A stretch of DNA of 64,000 nucleotides from an uncultured delta proteobacterium (lineage in GTDB: Bacteria; Desulfobacterota; Zymogenia; Zymogenales; Zymogenaceae). The notes under the pieces are model-generated. The model had not been told where the DNA came from. It did not search any database and was given only the letters and a program-made list of their open reading frames with translations. How positions within the stretch are numbered: the stretch's first letter is position 1; every line of letters starts with the position of its first letter. The stretch lies in contig CAVTLK010000003.1 of assembly GCA_963735595.1 (NCBI GenBank), positions 64,001-128,000 of the forward strand, given 5' to 3'. A program made the translations under genes and the position numbers. This document shows, piece by piece, positions 1 through 9,478 of the stretch.

Positions 1-545
1 ACCTGATGCTCGCCGACGTGGCGCTGATCAACAAGGTCGATACGGCCACGAAGGAAAACATCGATATCGTGCACGCCAACATTACGCGGATCAACCCGAA
101 GGCCACGGTCGTCATGGCGAACTCGCCGGTAACGGTGGCGGACCCCGGCTCGGTCAAGGGCAAGCGCGTCCTGGTGGTGGAGGACGGCCCCACGCTCACG
201 CACGGCGAGATGAAATTTGGCGCGGGCGTTATCGCCGCGCGCGCATTCGGGGCGGCGTCTCTTGTTGACCCCAAGGCCGCGGCCGTGGGTTCCATCAAGG
301 CGACCTTTGCCAAGTACCCCCACATAGAGGGGCTGCTCCCGGCAATCGGCTACGGGGAAGCCCAGATGAAGGACCTTGCGGCCACGATCGACGCGGTGGA
401 CTGTGACCTGGTGCTCTCGGCAACGCCGATTGACCTGTCCAAGGTCATCACGATCACCAAACCCCTCGTACGGGTGCGGTACGGATATGGGGACGCCGGC
501 TCGCCGAAGCTGGGCGATATCATCGCAAAGCGTTTCGGCGCTTAA
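1..545 (+). CDS. P-loop GTPase / cyclic 2,3-diphosphoglycerate synthetase-like protein (COG2403-like), 5' truncated by window edge
   Basis: INKVD and VLVVEDGPTLTHGEM motifs, PAIGY and ATPIDL C-terminal motifs; lies next to carbamate kinase. Confidence 0.75.
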   Translation, partial: LMLADVALINKVDTATKENIDIVHANITRINPKATVVMANSPVTVADPGSVKGKRVLVVEDGPTLTHGEMKFGAGVIAARAFGAASLVDPKAAAVGSIKATFAKYPHIEGLLPAIGYGEAQMKDLAATIDAVDCDLVLSATPIDLSKVITITKPLVRVRYGYGDAGSPKLGDIIAKRFGA

Positions 546-685
546 GGAGTACGCCCCGGGATGCCGGATCGGCCGCCCCGGCGGGATAAAAAGGATAACG
601 TAGTACCGGGGGAGCAGATTGGACTCCCCCGGCGCGTTTAATCGTCTTTTTCAGAACGAATAAAGGCCGAAGGGAGGGTGAGGGT

Positions 686-1660
686 ATGTCTGCTAACAAA
701 ACATCCAGTGCGGCGGCTAGGACAGCGATAGTCGCCCTGGGGGGCAACGCCATCATCAAGGAGAAGGAGGCCGGGACCATCGCCCAGCAGTTCCGCAACA
801 CCCGCCTGTCGCTCGTCGGTGTGGTGGGGCTGGTCAGGGAGGGATGGGACGTCCTGATCACGCACGGCAACGGCCCGCAGGTGGGAAACCGCCTCATCGC
901 CACCGAGATGGCCCATACCATGGTGCCGGACATGCCGCTGGGGGTGCTCTGCGGCGATACGGAAGGGGCGATGGGCTACATGATCCAGCAGTCGCTGTAC
1001 AACAAGCTCATGTTTCACTCGATCAAAAAGCCGGTGGTCACGGTCATCACCCAGACGGTGGTGGACGCCGGGGACCTGTCGATCGGCCAGCCTACCAAAC
1101 CCGTCGGGCCGTTCTTTTCCAGGATAGAGGCCGAGAGGCTGACGCGGGACCGGGGGTGGCGTTTCATGGAGGATGCGGGGCGCGGCTTCCGGCAGGCGGT
1201 GCCGTCTCCCTACCCGCTCCAGATCGTGGAGATCGAGGTAATCGAGCGGCTCCTTGGCGAGGGTGTCATCGTGATTGCCATCGGCGGGGGAGGGATACCG
1301 GTCGTGCGCCAGCCGGACGGGACGCTGGAGGGCATCGACTGCATCATCGACAAGGACCTCGCCTCGAGCCTCGCCGCCCGGGTGCTTTCGGCGGACCTCT
1401 TCGTGATGGTTACCGGCGTCGATAAGGTCGCCATTAACTACCGGAAGCCCGACCAGGTTGACCTTGACCGGATGACCGTGGCGGAGGCCAGGCGCTACCA
1501 GGCCGAGGGACACTTCTTTGCCGGGAGCATGGGCCCCAAGATCAGGGCGGCCCTCGAATACCTGGAGGCGATGCCGAAGGGCCGCGTGGTCATCACCTCT
1601 CCCGAGGGCCTCAAGGAGGCCGTGGCGGGCAGGGGGGGGACGGTTATCGAGGCGGGGTGA
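686..1660 (+). CDS. arcC: carbamate kinase
   Basis: VALGGNAI, THGNGPQVG, PTKPVGPF, GGGGIPV, IDKDLAS and GSMGPK motifs. Confidence 0.95.
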   Translation: MSANKTSSAAARTAIVALGGNAIIKEKEAGTIAQQFRNTRLSLVGVVGLVREGWDVLITHGNGPQVGNRLIATEMAHTMVPDMPLGVLCGDTEGAMGYMIQQSLYNKLMFHSIKKPVVTVITQTVVDAGDLSIGQPTKPVGPFFSRIEAERLTRDRGWRFMEDAGRGFRQAVPSPYPLQIVEIEVIERLLGEGVIVIAIGGGGIPVVRQPDGTLEGIDCIIDKDLASSLAARVLSADLFVMVTGVDKVAINYRKPDQVDLDRMTVAEARRYQAEGHFFAGSMGPKIRAALEYLEAMPKGRVVITSPEGLKEAVAGRGGTVIEAG

Positions 1661-1670
1661 GGTAAAGCGG

Positions 1671-1753
1671 GATTTTGGGGACACCATACTTAATTCATTA
1701 AAGCCTTTGGTTAAGCGGTGAAACACGGAATTAAGTATGGTGTCCCCAAAATC
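1671..1753. repeat. perfect 26-bp inverted repeat (MITE/REP-like element, family A)
   Basis: GATTTTGGGGACACCATACTTAATTC (1671-1696) and its exact reverse complement (1728-1753), 31-bp AT-rich spacer. Confidence 0.85.
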
Positions 1754-1861
1754 GTTTGAAACGCTCCGTTTGCCTGCTATAATAGTGCTTAATCGTGCCG
1801 GAAACGGACGGCCCGTTCTCAGTGCCCCGCATGGCCCGACACTACCCGACGGGGAACGTCA

Positions 1862-2554
1862 ATGAAAGTCACCACGTTTGCCTGTAAACACTGCGGCGCG
1901 AGTGTCGACGTCCCGGATTCCCCAGGGACCGCGGCCTGTACCTACTGCGGGAGCAGTCACCGGGTATCGTTCGAGGACGGATCGGTCGTCGCCGAGCTGA
2001 CCGCGAAGGTAAACCGGCTCGATGAGGACGTCGCCCGCCTCAAGGGAAGGCCGCCCGCCCCCCAGGGCAGGCCGGGGCTGCGGGAGCGGCTGGCACTGAT
2101 CGAGGAGGGCAAGCGAAAATGGCACGAATATTTTTCGTCGGTCAAGGCGGGAAAAAGCAAAGACTCACCGGAGGCATTGGCCGTTTTTAACGAGGCGCAG
2201 GCCAAGCTCATCGGGGGATACGGCTCGGCAAGCGGGCCGCTCATTGAGGACGCGTACGGCGCAAAACTCCTCGGCGTAGATCCCCCCGCGGGCTACTCCT
2301 GTCTCTTCATGTTGCTGGCGGTGATTATTCTGTCGGCCGCGGTCGGGGGTATCTTCCTCTACGAAGGGAATGCGAAGAACGGAATTATACTCCTAGCGAT
2401 TGGTTTGGTTGGAATTGTCGCCGGTATCCCGTTCGTTATCGTGGGAATCCGTACGGACAAACGCGATATTGCAAAACGGAAAGAAGCGCTACAAAGGCTC
2501 GACGAAATCGAGCGCGAGATACGGCGGCGTGTGGCCGCCGGTCGGGAGAAATAG
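1862..2554 (+). CDS. hypothetical membrane protein with N-terminal Zn-ribbon
   Basis: CKHC...CTYC at N-terminus, coiled-coil-like segments, two hydrophobic helices near C-terminus. Confidence 0.7.
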   Translation: MKVTTFACKHCGASVDVPDSPGTAACTYCGSSHRVSFEDGSVVAELTAKVNRLDEDVARLKGRPPAPQGRPGLRERLALIEEGKRKWHEYFSSVKAGKSKDSPEALAVFNEAQAKLIGGYGSASGPLIEDAYGAKLLGVDPPAGYSCLFMLLAVIILSAAVGGIFLYEGNAKNGIILLAIGLVGIVAGIPFVIVGIRTDKRDIAKRKEALQRLDEIEREIRRRVAAGREK

Positions 2555-2580
2555 GCGCTTCATGTCCGCCGGCCGCTGCC

Positions 2581-3222
2581 TTACGGCCGGTGCATGACGA
2601 AGCGGCACATCGGGTCGCCCACGGCGATGCAGTGCGTCTCGGTGATCGTTATCGGCCGCCCCATGACCCACCGGGCGGTCCCGAATTGAAATCCTACCTG
2701 GGAGCTGCAGATCGGCTCACGCGTTTTCAGTCCGTTACAGTGGTTGCAGGGCGAGATCTCCAGGGCCACCCCCTCGGGGCACGGGTAGTATTTGAAGATA
2801 CTGCCCCATATCGGGACCGATGCGTCCACCATGATCCCGTAAATCCGCGCAAACTCCGCGAACCGATCGTCGGTGGTCGACGCCTCCGGGTTTTCGTCCT
2901 GGATATTGAAAAGAGACGGGAAGTTCTCCCGCATGTTGGCAAACGCCTTCACACCGCCCCGGAACATGATCGCCCGCGCGCCCCGCTCGCCGATAAGCTC
3001 GATGGTGCCGGCCAGAATCCGGGTATAGTCGCCGGTGCTGTGCACTTCGGCAAGGTCGTTCGGCGGATAGTTATCGATGAATTTCCGGAGGTCGGCATAG
3101 TTGAGGATCGACCGCAACCCGTTCTTGCCCATGATCTCCTCGGCGGTCACCAGGGCAAGGTAGAGCATCCGGTTTGGTATCTTCTGTTTGAGAGCCACGG
3201 CGCCGTCCTCCCGGATAGACAT
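2581..3222 (-). CDS. V4R (4-vinyl reductase) domain protein
   Basis: EEIMGKNGL..IL..A N-terminus; C-terminal CNHC...PIC...ETHCIAVGDPMCRF V4R signature; start taken at MSIRED. Confidence 0.85.
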   Translation of the reverse strand: MSIREDGAVALKQKIPNRMLYLALVTAEEIMGKNGLRSILNYADLRKFIDNYPPNDLAEVHSTGDYTRILAGTIELIGERGARAIMFRGGVKAFANMRENFPSLFNIQDENPEASTTDDRFAEFARIYGIMVDASVPIWGSIFKYYPCPEGVALEISPCNHCNGLKTREPICSSQVGFQFGTARWVMGRPITITETHCIAVGDPMCRFVMHRP

Positions 3223-3408
3223 GATCTGCGTTCGGTCGTCGCTTCCTGTATAGTGTATCACGACGTATCGCGTAACACAACCGCTCGGCGTGCGCAGGCG
3301 CCCTGCGGGCCGTGGCGGCAAAAAGCGTCGGTAATGTGACCCATATCATTGAATCCTAAGTGCAGGACTATTATTATAAGGGCACATCTGAGAAAAGGAG
3401 GAACACTC

Positions 3409-3820
3409 ATGGGAGAAAGGAAGAACAGGTGGGGGAGGGTACTGCTCATGGCCGGGCTTGCCGTCCTCCTGTTTGGCTGCATGTACGGAAGTCCCTACGG
3501 CTACGGCGGTTATAGCGGCGATTACAGCAATCGCGGCTATGACGACTACTACGGGAACGGGGCAGTATGTTGACCCGGCCGCCGTGCTGTTCGGCCCCGC
3601 GGTGGGGGCGATCGAACACCTGCTGATAGGTCCGATCGTCGGCTCGCTGCTCGGCGGCACGATGGGCTACGGCTATGACCAGCCCTACTATCACGACCGG
3701 TACTACGACGACGACTATTACAGAAACGACCGTCGGTACGACCAGCGCTACGACGACCGGTACTACGACGACTACTACGACGACGACTACTACCGCTACG
3801 GCCCGTACAATCCCTATTAG
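3409..3820 (+). CDS. Tyr/Asp-rich small lipoprotein (one frameshift near 3560)
   Basis: AAGGAGG RBS, signal peptide with LFGC lipobox in ORF 3349-3573; continues in ORF 3458-3820 with Gly-rich hydrophobic segment and YYDDD repeats. Confidence 0.65.
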
Positions 3821-3891
3821 GCCCCTATGAGGAGGGGCACACCGGTTGACGCCGGGCACGCCGCCCGGCGCCCCACAAAACTGATGCACGG

Positions 3892-3921
3892 CAAACGGCA
3901 ACCCGAAAGGGTTGCCGTTTG
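3892..3921. terminator. hairpin, probable terminator
   Basis: CAAACGGCAACCC-GAAA-GGGTTGCCGTTTG, 13-bp perfect stem downstream of the lipoprotein gene. Confidence 0.6.
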
Positions 3922-4032
3922 TATGTTGAGGGGCAATAGGCGGTCGTGTCCCTGGGGGATGTAAGGCCGTGACGTGTTGGCATTTGCAGGGGCGGCTCGC
4001 AAGCCGCCCGTCCTCGTTTTTCGCCACTTCAC

Positions 4033-4214
4033 CGTCATTGCGAGGAGCTTAAGCGACGAAGCAATCCCCTGACTGTCACCGTGAACAACGACCCGTTATT
4101 GCGAGGAGGCCCCATCGGGGCCGACGTGGCAATGCTTAACCCTGTCGCCTTTGGCGACGATTACTATTGTCATTGCGAGCCCACGGAGTGGGCGCGGCAA
4201 CCTGACTGTCACCG
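4033..4214. repeat. cluster of three CGTC-type palindromic repeats (family B)
   Basis: (C/T)GT(C/T)ATTGCGAG...GCAA..(C)CTGACTGTCACC units starting at 4033, 4094 and 4168. Confidence 0.8.
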
Positions 4215-4363
4215 CGCCGCGTTCACCGTAGCGAATCCATCCTTCTAAATGCTTCACTATTGACAATATGGCCGGTTCTGTGGTACGGAAAAGGTGAAAC
4301 CGTGTCTCATCGTGGACGGCTCCAATCACTTGTTTCGATAAAACAACTCAATCGGGGAAGACA

Positions 4364-5608
4364 ATGTACCGGGATACCTTCCTGAAGGAGCTTTTCAGAG
4401 AAGAAGACCTGGCCCTTATAGAAATGGCCAGGCAATACACGCAGGACATGATCATGCCGGTGCGTCAGAAGATTGACGACGACACAGACCACGTCCTTGT
4501 TAGAGAGATACTGGAAAGCCTCGCGGGGCTCGGGTTCCTGAGGGCGGTCTGGCCCGAGGAGATCGGCGGGGGCGACATGAGCTCGGCCCTCACCTTCTGT
4601 ACCGCGCTGGAAGAGCTTGCCCGGGGCGACGCGGGCATCGCCGTGAGCCTCGGCATCAGCCTCGGGTGGATCTTCCTGCCGGCGGTCCGGGCGCGCAACG
4701 CGGCCGTCATTAACGACTTCGGGAAGCGCTGCTGCAACGACGAGCTTGTTACCGGGTGTTTTTGCATGACCGAGGCCGGCGGCCCCCAGGGGGGCGGCGG
4801 GTGCGACATCGAGAACGTCGCGCTTCGCGGGACGAAGATCAGGACGAGGGCGAGGCAAGACGGAGGCCGGTGGGTGCTCAACGGGGAGAAGATGTGGGCG
4901 TCAAATTCCGGTATCGCCGACCTCTACCTGATCGTTGCCACGACGGACCCGGCCGCGGGGGACGACGGTATCGCCCTGATATACGTGCCCGCCGGCACCG
5001 ACGGCCTTTCCTTCGGGAAATTCGAGAACAAGGCGGGCCTCCAGGCGGACAGGAACTGCCCGGTCTTTCTGGACGAAGTATCGGTCCCCGAGGGGTACCG
5101 CCTTTCCGGGCCCGGCGCGGACGCCGAGTACCTCCATACGAACCTCGCGGTCGGCAGGATAGCGAGCGCGGCGCTCTCCGTGGGGTGTGCGCAGGGGGCG
5201 TTCGAGGCGGTCCTCGAGTTTACGAAAGACCGGGCCGTGGGGGTCTCGGGCAAGCCCATCAGGCAGCACTCCATCGCGGCCGGCATGATAGCCGACATGG
5301 CCATCGGGATTGAGACCGCCCGCAACACGTATATAGCGGCGGCCTACAAATACGACCGGCCCGAGGAATACGGCGCCCATCACTCGGTCGCGCAGCTTTC
5401 CCGCGCGTCGCTGGCCAAGGTGTACGCCGCGGACGTAGCCGTGAGCGTTACGAACCGGGCCATGGAGCTGATGGGCTCCTACGGATACGTCAGGGAATAC
5501 GACGTGGAGAAATACTGGAGGGACTGCAAAATCATCCAGCTCTGGGAGGGCGGGGCGCAGCTGGGGAGGTTTGACGTCTGCCGGGGCTACTACGATCTCG
5601 AGATTTAG
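4364..5608 (+). CDS. acyl-CoA dehydrogenase
   Basis: EELARGDAG, FCMTE, LNGEKMWASN, GSYGYVREYDVEKYWRDCKIIQLWEG motifs. Confidence 0.95.
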   Translation: MYRDTFLKELFREEDLALIEMARQYTQDMIMPVRQKIDDDTDHVLVREILESLAGLGFLRAVWPEEIGGGDMSSALTFCTALEELARGDAGIAVSLGISLGWIFLPAVRARNAAVINDFGKRCCNDELVTGCFCMTEAGGPQGGGGCDIENVALRGTKIRTRARQDGGRWVLNGEKMWASNSGIADLYLIVATTDPAAGDDGIALIYVPAGTDGLSFGKFENKAGLQADRNCPVFLDEVSVPEGYRLSGPGADAEYLHTNLAVGRIASAALSVGCAQGAFEAVLEFTKDRAVGVSGKPIRQHSIAAGMIADMAIGIETARNTYIAAAYKYDRPEEYGAHHSVAQLSRASLAKVYAADVAVSVTNRAMELMGSYGYVREYDVEKYWRDCKIIQLWEGGAQLGRFDVCRGYYDLEI

Positions 5609-5615
5609 TATAAAT

Positions 5616-5691
5616 GAATTAAGGGGACATAATACTTAATTATGATCTTAAGAAATAGAAATGATAATTAAGTTTTGTGTCCCCTTAATTC
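5616..5691. repeat. 28-bp imperfect inverted repeat (family A)
   Basis: GAATTAAGGGGACATAATACTTAATTAT (5616-5643) vs 5664-5691 with 2 mismatches; shares the GGGGACA-N3-TACTTAATT core with 1671-1753. Confidence 0.8.
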
Positions 5692-5713
5692 CAAACCGCG
5701 AGCAGGGATTTCT

Positions 5714-6229
5714 ATGATCGATCGATCCCCGAAGCCTAACCCCCTCCCCGATGGAATTACGGTCCGGCACGACATCCGGCCGGGCGACCTGGGGGCGCTC
5801 GTGCGGCGGCACGGCCTCATCTACGCGGCCGAGTACGGCTACGACCACACCTTCGAGCCCTACGTGGCGGCCCCGATGGCCGAGTTCGTCCTCTCCGAAA
5901 ACGCGCGGCAGCGGATATGGATCGTGGAACACGAGGGCGAGATCGCGGGGTGCCTCGCCGTGGTGGAGGCCTCCGCCGACGAGGCCCAGCTCCGCTGGTT
6001 CCTGCTGGACCCGGAGATCCGGGGGCGGGGGGTCGGCCGGTACATGTTCGAAGACGCGCTCAGTTTCTGCCGGGCCGCCGGCTACCGACGGGCGTTTCTT
6101 TTGACAATCGACGTGCATACCGAGGCCGCCGCGCTCTACCGGTCGGTGGGGTTCAGGCTGACGGAGGAGCATCCCGCGGTGCTGTGGGGTGCGGAGCGGA
6201 TGGAGCAGCGGTACGAGATGGGGCTGTAG
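5714..6229 (+). CDS. GNAT family N-acetyltransferase
   Basis: AQLRWFLLDPEIRGRGVG motif A, AAALYRSVGF. Confidence 0.9.
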   Translation: MIDRSPKPNPLPDGITVRHDIRPGDLGALVRRHGLIYAAEYGYDHTFEPYVAAPMAEFVLSENARQRIWIVEHEGEIAGCLAVVEASADEAQLRWFLLDPEIRGRGVGRYMFEDALSFCRAAGYRRAFLLTIDVHTEAAALYRSVGFRLTEEHPAVLWGAERMEQRYEMGL

Positions 6230-6298
6230 GGGACGGGCGGAGGATAAACGAAAAACCGTGACGAACGGGGGCGCGGCCGGCCCGGGACTCTTTCCCCG

Positions 6299-6667
6299 TT
6301 AGCTCCAGCTCCCCTTATCTTCAAACACGAGCGTCAGCTTCATGCACTTGGGGCAGAGGAATTCGGTCCGGGGGAGCTTAAAGTGCCCGTCCCGGTTGGC
6401 GAGTTTCCAGGTGAAGAGATAGCCGTCTCCCTCGATCACCGGCGGGGGGGCGTACAGGGAAGGGTCGTCGTAGAAGGTCAGTCTCCCGTGGCATCCGGGG
6501 CAGAGCGTGGTGTCTTTCTTCAGGTAGTTGCGCACGAGGAACTCGTTGCAGTTGAGGCAGGCGGCCGGCGCGTTGCAGGTATCCGAGACGGTGATAAAAC
6601 CGCCGCCGGCAAATATTTCGCCGGTATCGAATCCGCATGCACAGAGGCCCCGGAGTATGTTTCCCAT
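6299..6667 (-). CDS. small Cys-rich (multi Zn-ribbon) hypothetical protein
   Basis: CACG, CLNC, CPGC and CPKC motifs in 122 aa. Confidence 0.7.
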   Translation of the reverse strand: MGNILRGLCACGFDTGEIFAGGGFITVSDTCNAPAACLNCNEFLVRNYLKKDTTLCPGCHGRLTFYDDPSLYAPPPVIEGDGYLFTWKLANRDGHFKLPRTEFLCPKCMKLTLVFEDKGSWS

Positions 6668-6976
6668 TGTCAGCCGTCTCGATTGACCTGATTGACCTGT
6701 TTGATCAGTTGTGGCTCTCCGCCCCCCCGCGGGCGACGAGCCAAAAATACACGGACGATATTTATATATCAAAGATCGGGATGATGCTCAAGAAAAATTT
6801 ACTATTTTTTACGCGACTACGTGCGGGTGTAGGAACGGATACGCCCGGCTGCGGGGCTCCCGGAGTACTAGAGCAGGGGGTGTGGGCGAAGAACGGTACA
6901 AAATAAAAAAGGTTAAGGGGAAATTGGCTGTTATTTAGAACAATCCGTACTTTTTTTATTTTGCTATGGAGCGATA

Positions 6977-7853
6977 GTGAACAATATTCGTCCAGCCATC
7001 AGAACCGAATATGAAAGGTGGCGTGGTATTGTTGGTGAAGAAGAGCCATATCGGGGAGAATATGTTCTGGGAATAGAGAAGTCATAAAGGCTCATTTTCT
7101 CATAGCGGACTTTTTCGCGGACCAGCAAGGTCAAATCGGTTTGGTTGACCCTCGAGATATTAATCTACTTCATTCAGCAGAATCCCGCCAATTCGTCCAT
7201 TAGGAGGGACTGCAAGTGGAAACGGAATCGGAGTGATTGCCACGGCCCTCTACGGGCTTATTAAAAACCATCCATTTAATGATGGGAATAAAAGAACAGC
7301 GCTGCTTTCTGCACTTCATCATATACTAAAGTGCAATCTAACCCCGACAGTAAAACAAGTTGAATTCGAAAGGATTACTCTATCGGTTGCAGAAGGTTCG
7401 TTGGGTAAATATCGGCAATTCAAAGACGACACAAAGCGAGGAAAGTCAGATGCTGAGGTATTACTCCTTGCTAATTTTTTCAGACGATCAACTAGACAAG
7501 TTGATAAACGGTTCTATGCTATTACTTTTAATGACCTACAGACTATTCTAAATCGCCATGGATTTTACTTAGAGAATCCTCACGATAACCATATAGATGT
7601 TGTTAGATACGAGAATAGGATAGTCTTCAGGCCTTTTCCGAGGAAAGATAGAAGACCTTTTAAGGTCGCACGAAATCGGGTTTCCCAACTGGAAATCACA
7701 GTAGGTCAGGGGGCGATTAGTACGGTTCGTAAAGAAACAGGACTCACGCCTGAGAGGGGGTTTGACTCGCAAACGTTTTTCCGTGGCGTAGATGATTTAC
7801 AGGCGCTGATTGATAAATATAGTGGACCGCTCTCCCGACTCAAGGACAAGTAG
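6977..7853 (+). pseudogene. Fic/Doc (death-on-curing) family toxin, frameshifted in 5' part
   Basis: HPFNDGNKRTA Fic/Doc motif in ORF 7233-7853; upstream frames read VIKAHFLIADFF...RDINLLHSAESRQF, typical of the Doc N-terminus; AT-rich. Confidence 0.8.
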
Positions 7854-7930
7854 TGCTAATCTTAGTTGTTGCTAAAATCATGAAGAAGTAGTAAGGCTTT
7901 ACTTAAAAAGGGCATACGACAGAATATACC

Positions 7931-9371
7931 ATGGCGTTTTCGTTTTCTATGTTACCTGTAGCAGCAAAACAGGTTGTCAAGAGGAAGTTCAGCGACTTCT
8001 CGTTCTATACTCATCTTTTCCTTATGACAGGAGCCATCGGACTATTTCTGACTGGGGTTTTTGTATTTTTCTGTATCGTAACTAACCTTTTCACGGTGGC
8101 CATGGGCGCCGGGTCAGGCGTAAGACTCGAGGTAATAGTAAAAATACTTGCTTCCTTCGATAGAGCGTTGGTTTTCGTAGTGCTGATGGGTGTCGCGCTA
8201 TTTACGCTTTTCCTGATACTTCTGCTGCTTAGGTTATTTGAAGTATTCTCTGAGCTCCTTATCGGCGGACTGGCGACAAATTTCAATTACAAATTATGGT
8301 GTGATCACTGCGAATACGAAGCTAATACCGAGATCAAAAGAAAAGAGATTACGAATCGAATCGTCAAAGTCCTTTTTTACAGCAGCTCCATCTTTGCAGT
8401 AATGTTATTTGCCTTTATGAATAGTCACTTATTCAGTAATGGTAATACTGCTGAAATTCGAGGACTAATATACAATGGCAACCTTCATGAATATGTTGTT
8501 ACAATGATATATATTTTCCCGGTTATAGTTACGATTTCTATAACGACAATTTCGGCTTACGATTTCCTAACAAAATACATCCTTTTTAGGAAAAGCAAAA
8601 CTAAGAAAACCGATAGGTACTTCCTGTTTGGAGACGTAAGAATGAAGGAGAATTCCTACTATATTTTCTTGTCTGCGGTGATGATTCCTTTTTTCTTCTT
8701 TTGGGGACTGAACCTTATTAGTTACGTGCTCAGTTCTTTGTTTGAGATCCTACACAATAACATGTTTCAGATATACGTTATTGAAATATTACAGGAGAAT
8801 CCGTCTATATTAGGAGCACTTGATATAAGATACTCAATCCTACATAATACTTTAATGGCCTTTTCCAATAAGGAACTCGCTTTTTCGTTTAACATCGAAC
8901 CAGGAGATGCACAGCTAGTCCTCGACACAATGATTAGGACGGGGATGTTCATAATCCCAATCGTGGGGTATCTTCAGCATTATGGCACCATTGTTAATGG
9001 TCTATAAAGGAAAAGCCCTCACGTGGTTTATAGTACCGAGTATTACCAGTCTGGCATTAATGTATGCGGCTCTTTTTTACTTCAATAGGATTCTGGGCAT
9101 TGAAAGAACTGTATTTATCCTCTTATTAATGGCTATAATAGAGATCGTAATACATTACACTTACAGGATAAAAAATGAAAGAATTGACTGTAGGGAATTG
9201 GCTAAGATTCTGGGCGTCAATTATAATGGAGCGTTCCTTAAAAAGCTGGATGCAATAGAGAAGCTCCCGTACCAGTTTTCCGATCGAAAGAAAATGTTCT
9301 TTAGGGAGGAGGTCATAGATTTCTTCTATCAAAACAGAGGCGAATTGAAACGGTTAAAAAAAGAAGACTAG
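7931..9371 (+). CDS. multi-pass membrane protein with C-terminal HTH-like tail (one extra base in the G-run near 8965 splits it into ORFs 7931-9007 and 8982-9371)
   Basis: many TM helices; the joined product aligns end-to-end with 9479-10612 (KLW..H.E, YFLFGDV..K.N.Y, P(L)L.VY, C-terminal LP...KK...EEV..F). Confidence 0.7.
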
Positions 9372-9478
9372 CGATATTATAGACTATGGTATAAGAGTAT
9401 CGGTAAATCAGTTCTGACGTTCAGTTTTAAATAACATGTTGTCTATCAAACACGGAGTGTATTCCGCAAAAAATTAGT

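Noticed and set aside
1..1660. Complete arginine deiminase operon
   Set aside because: Only carbamate kinase and a GTPase-like gene are visible; arcA/arcB are not in the window and the YfcC carrier is 24 kb away
6681..6710. Short direct repeat GATTGACCT x2 plus a degenerate third copy upstream of the Cys-rich gene
   Set aside because: Too short and isolated to distinguish from chance; no matching sites seen elsewhere
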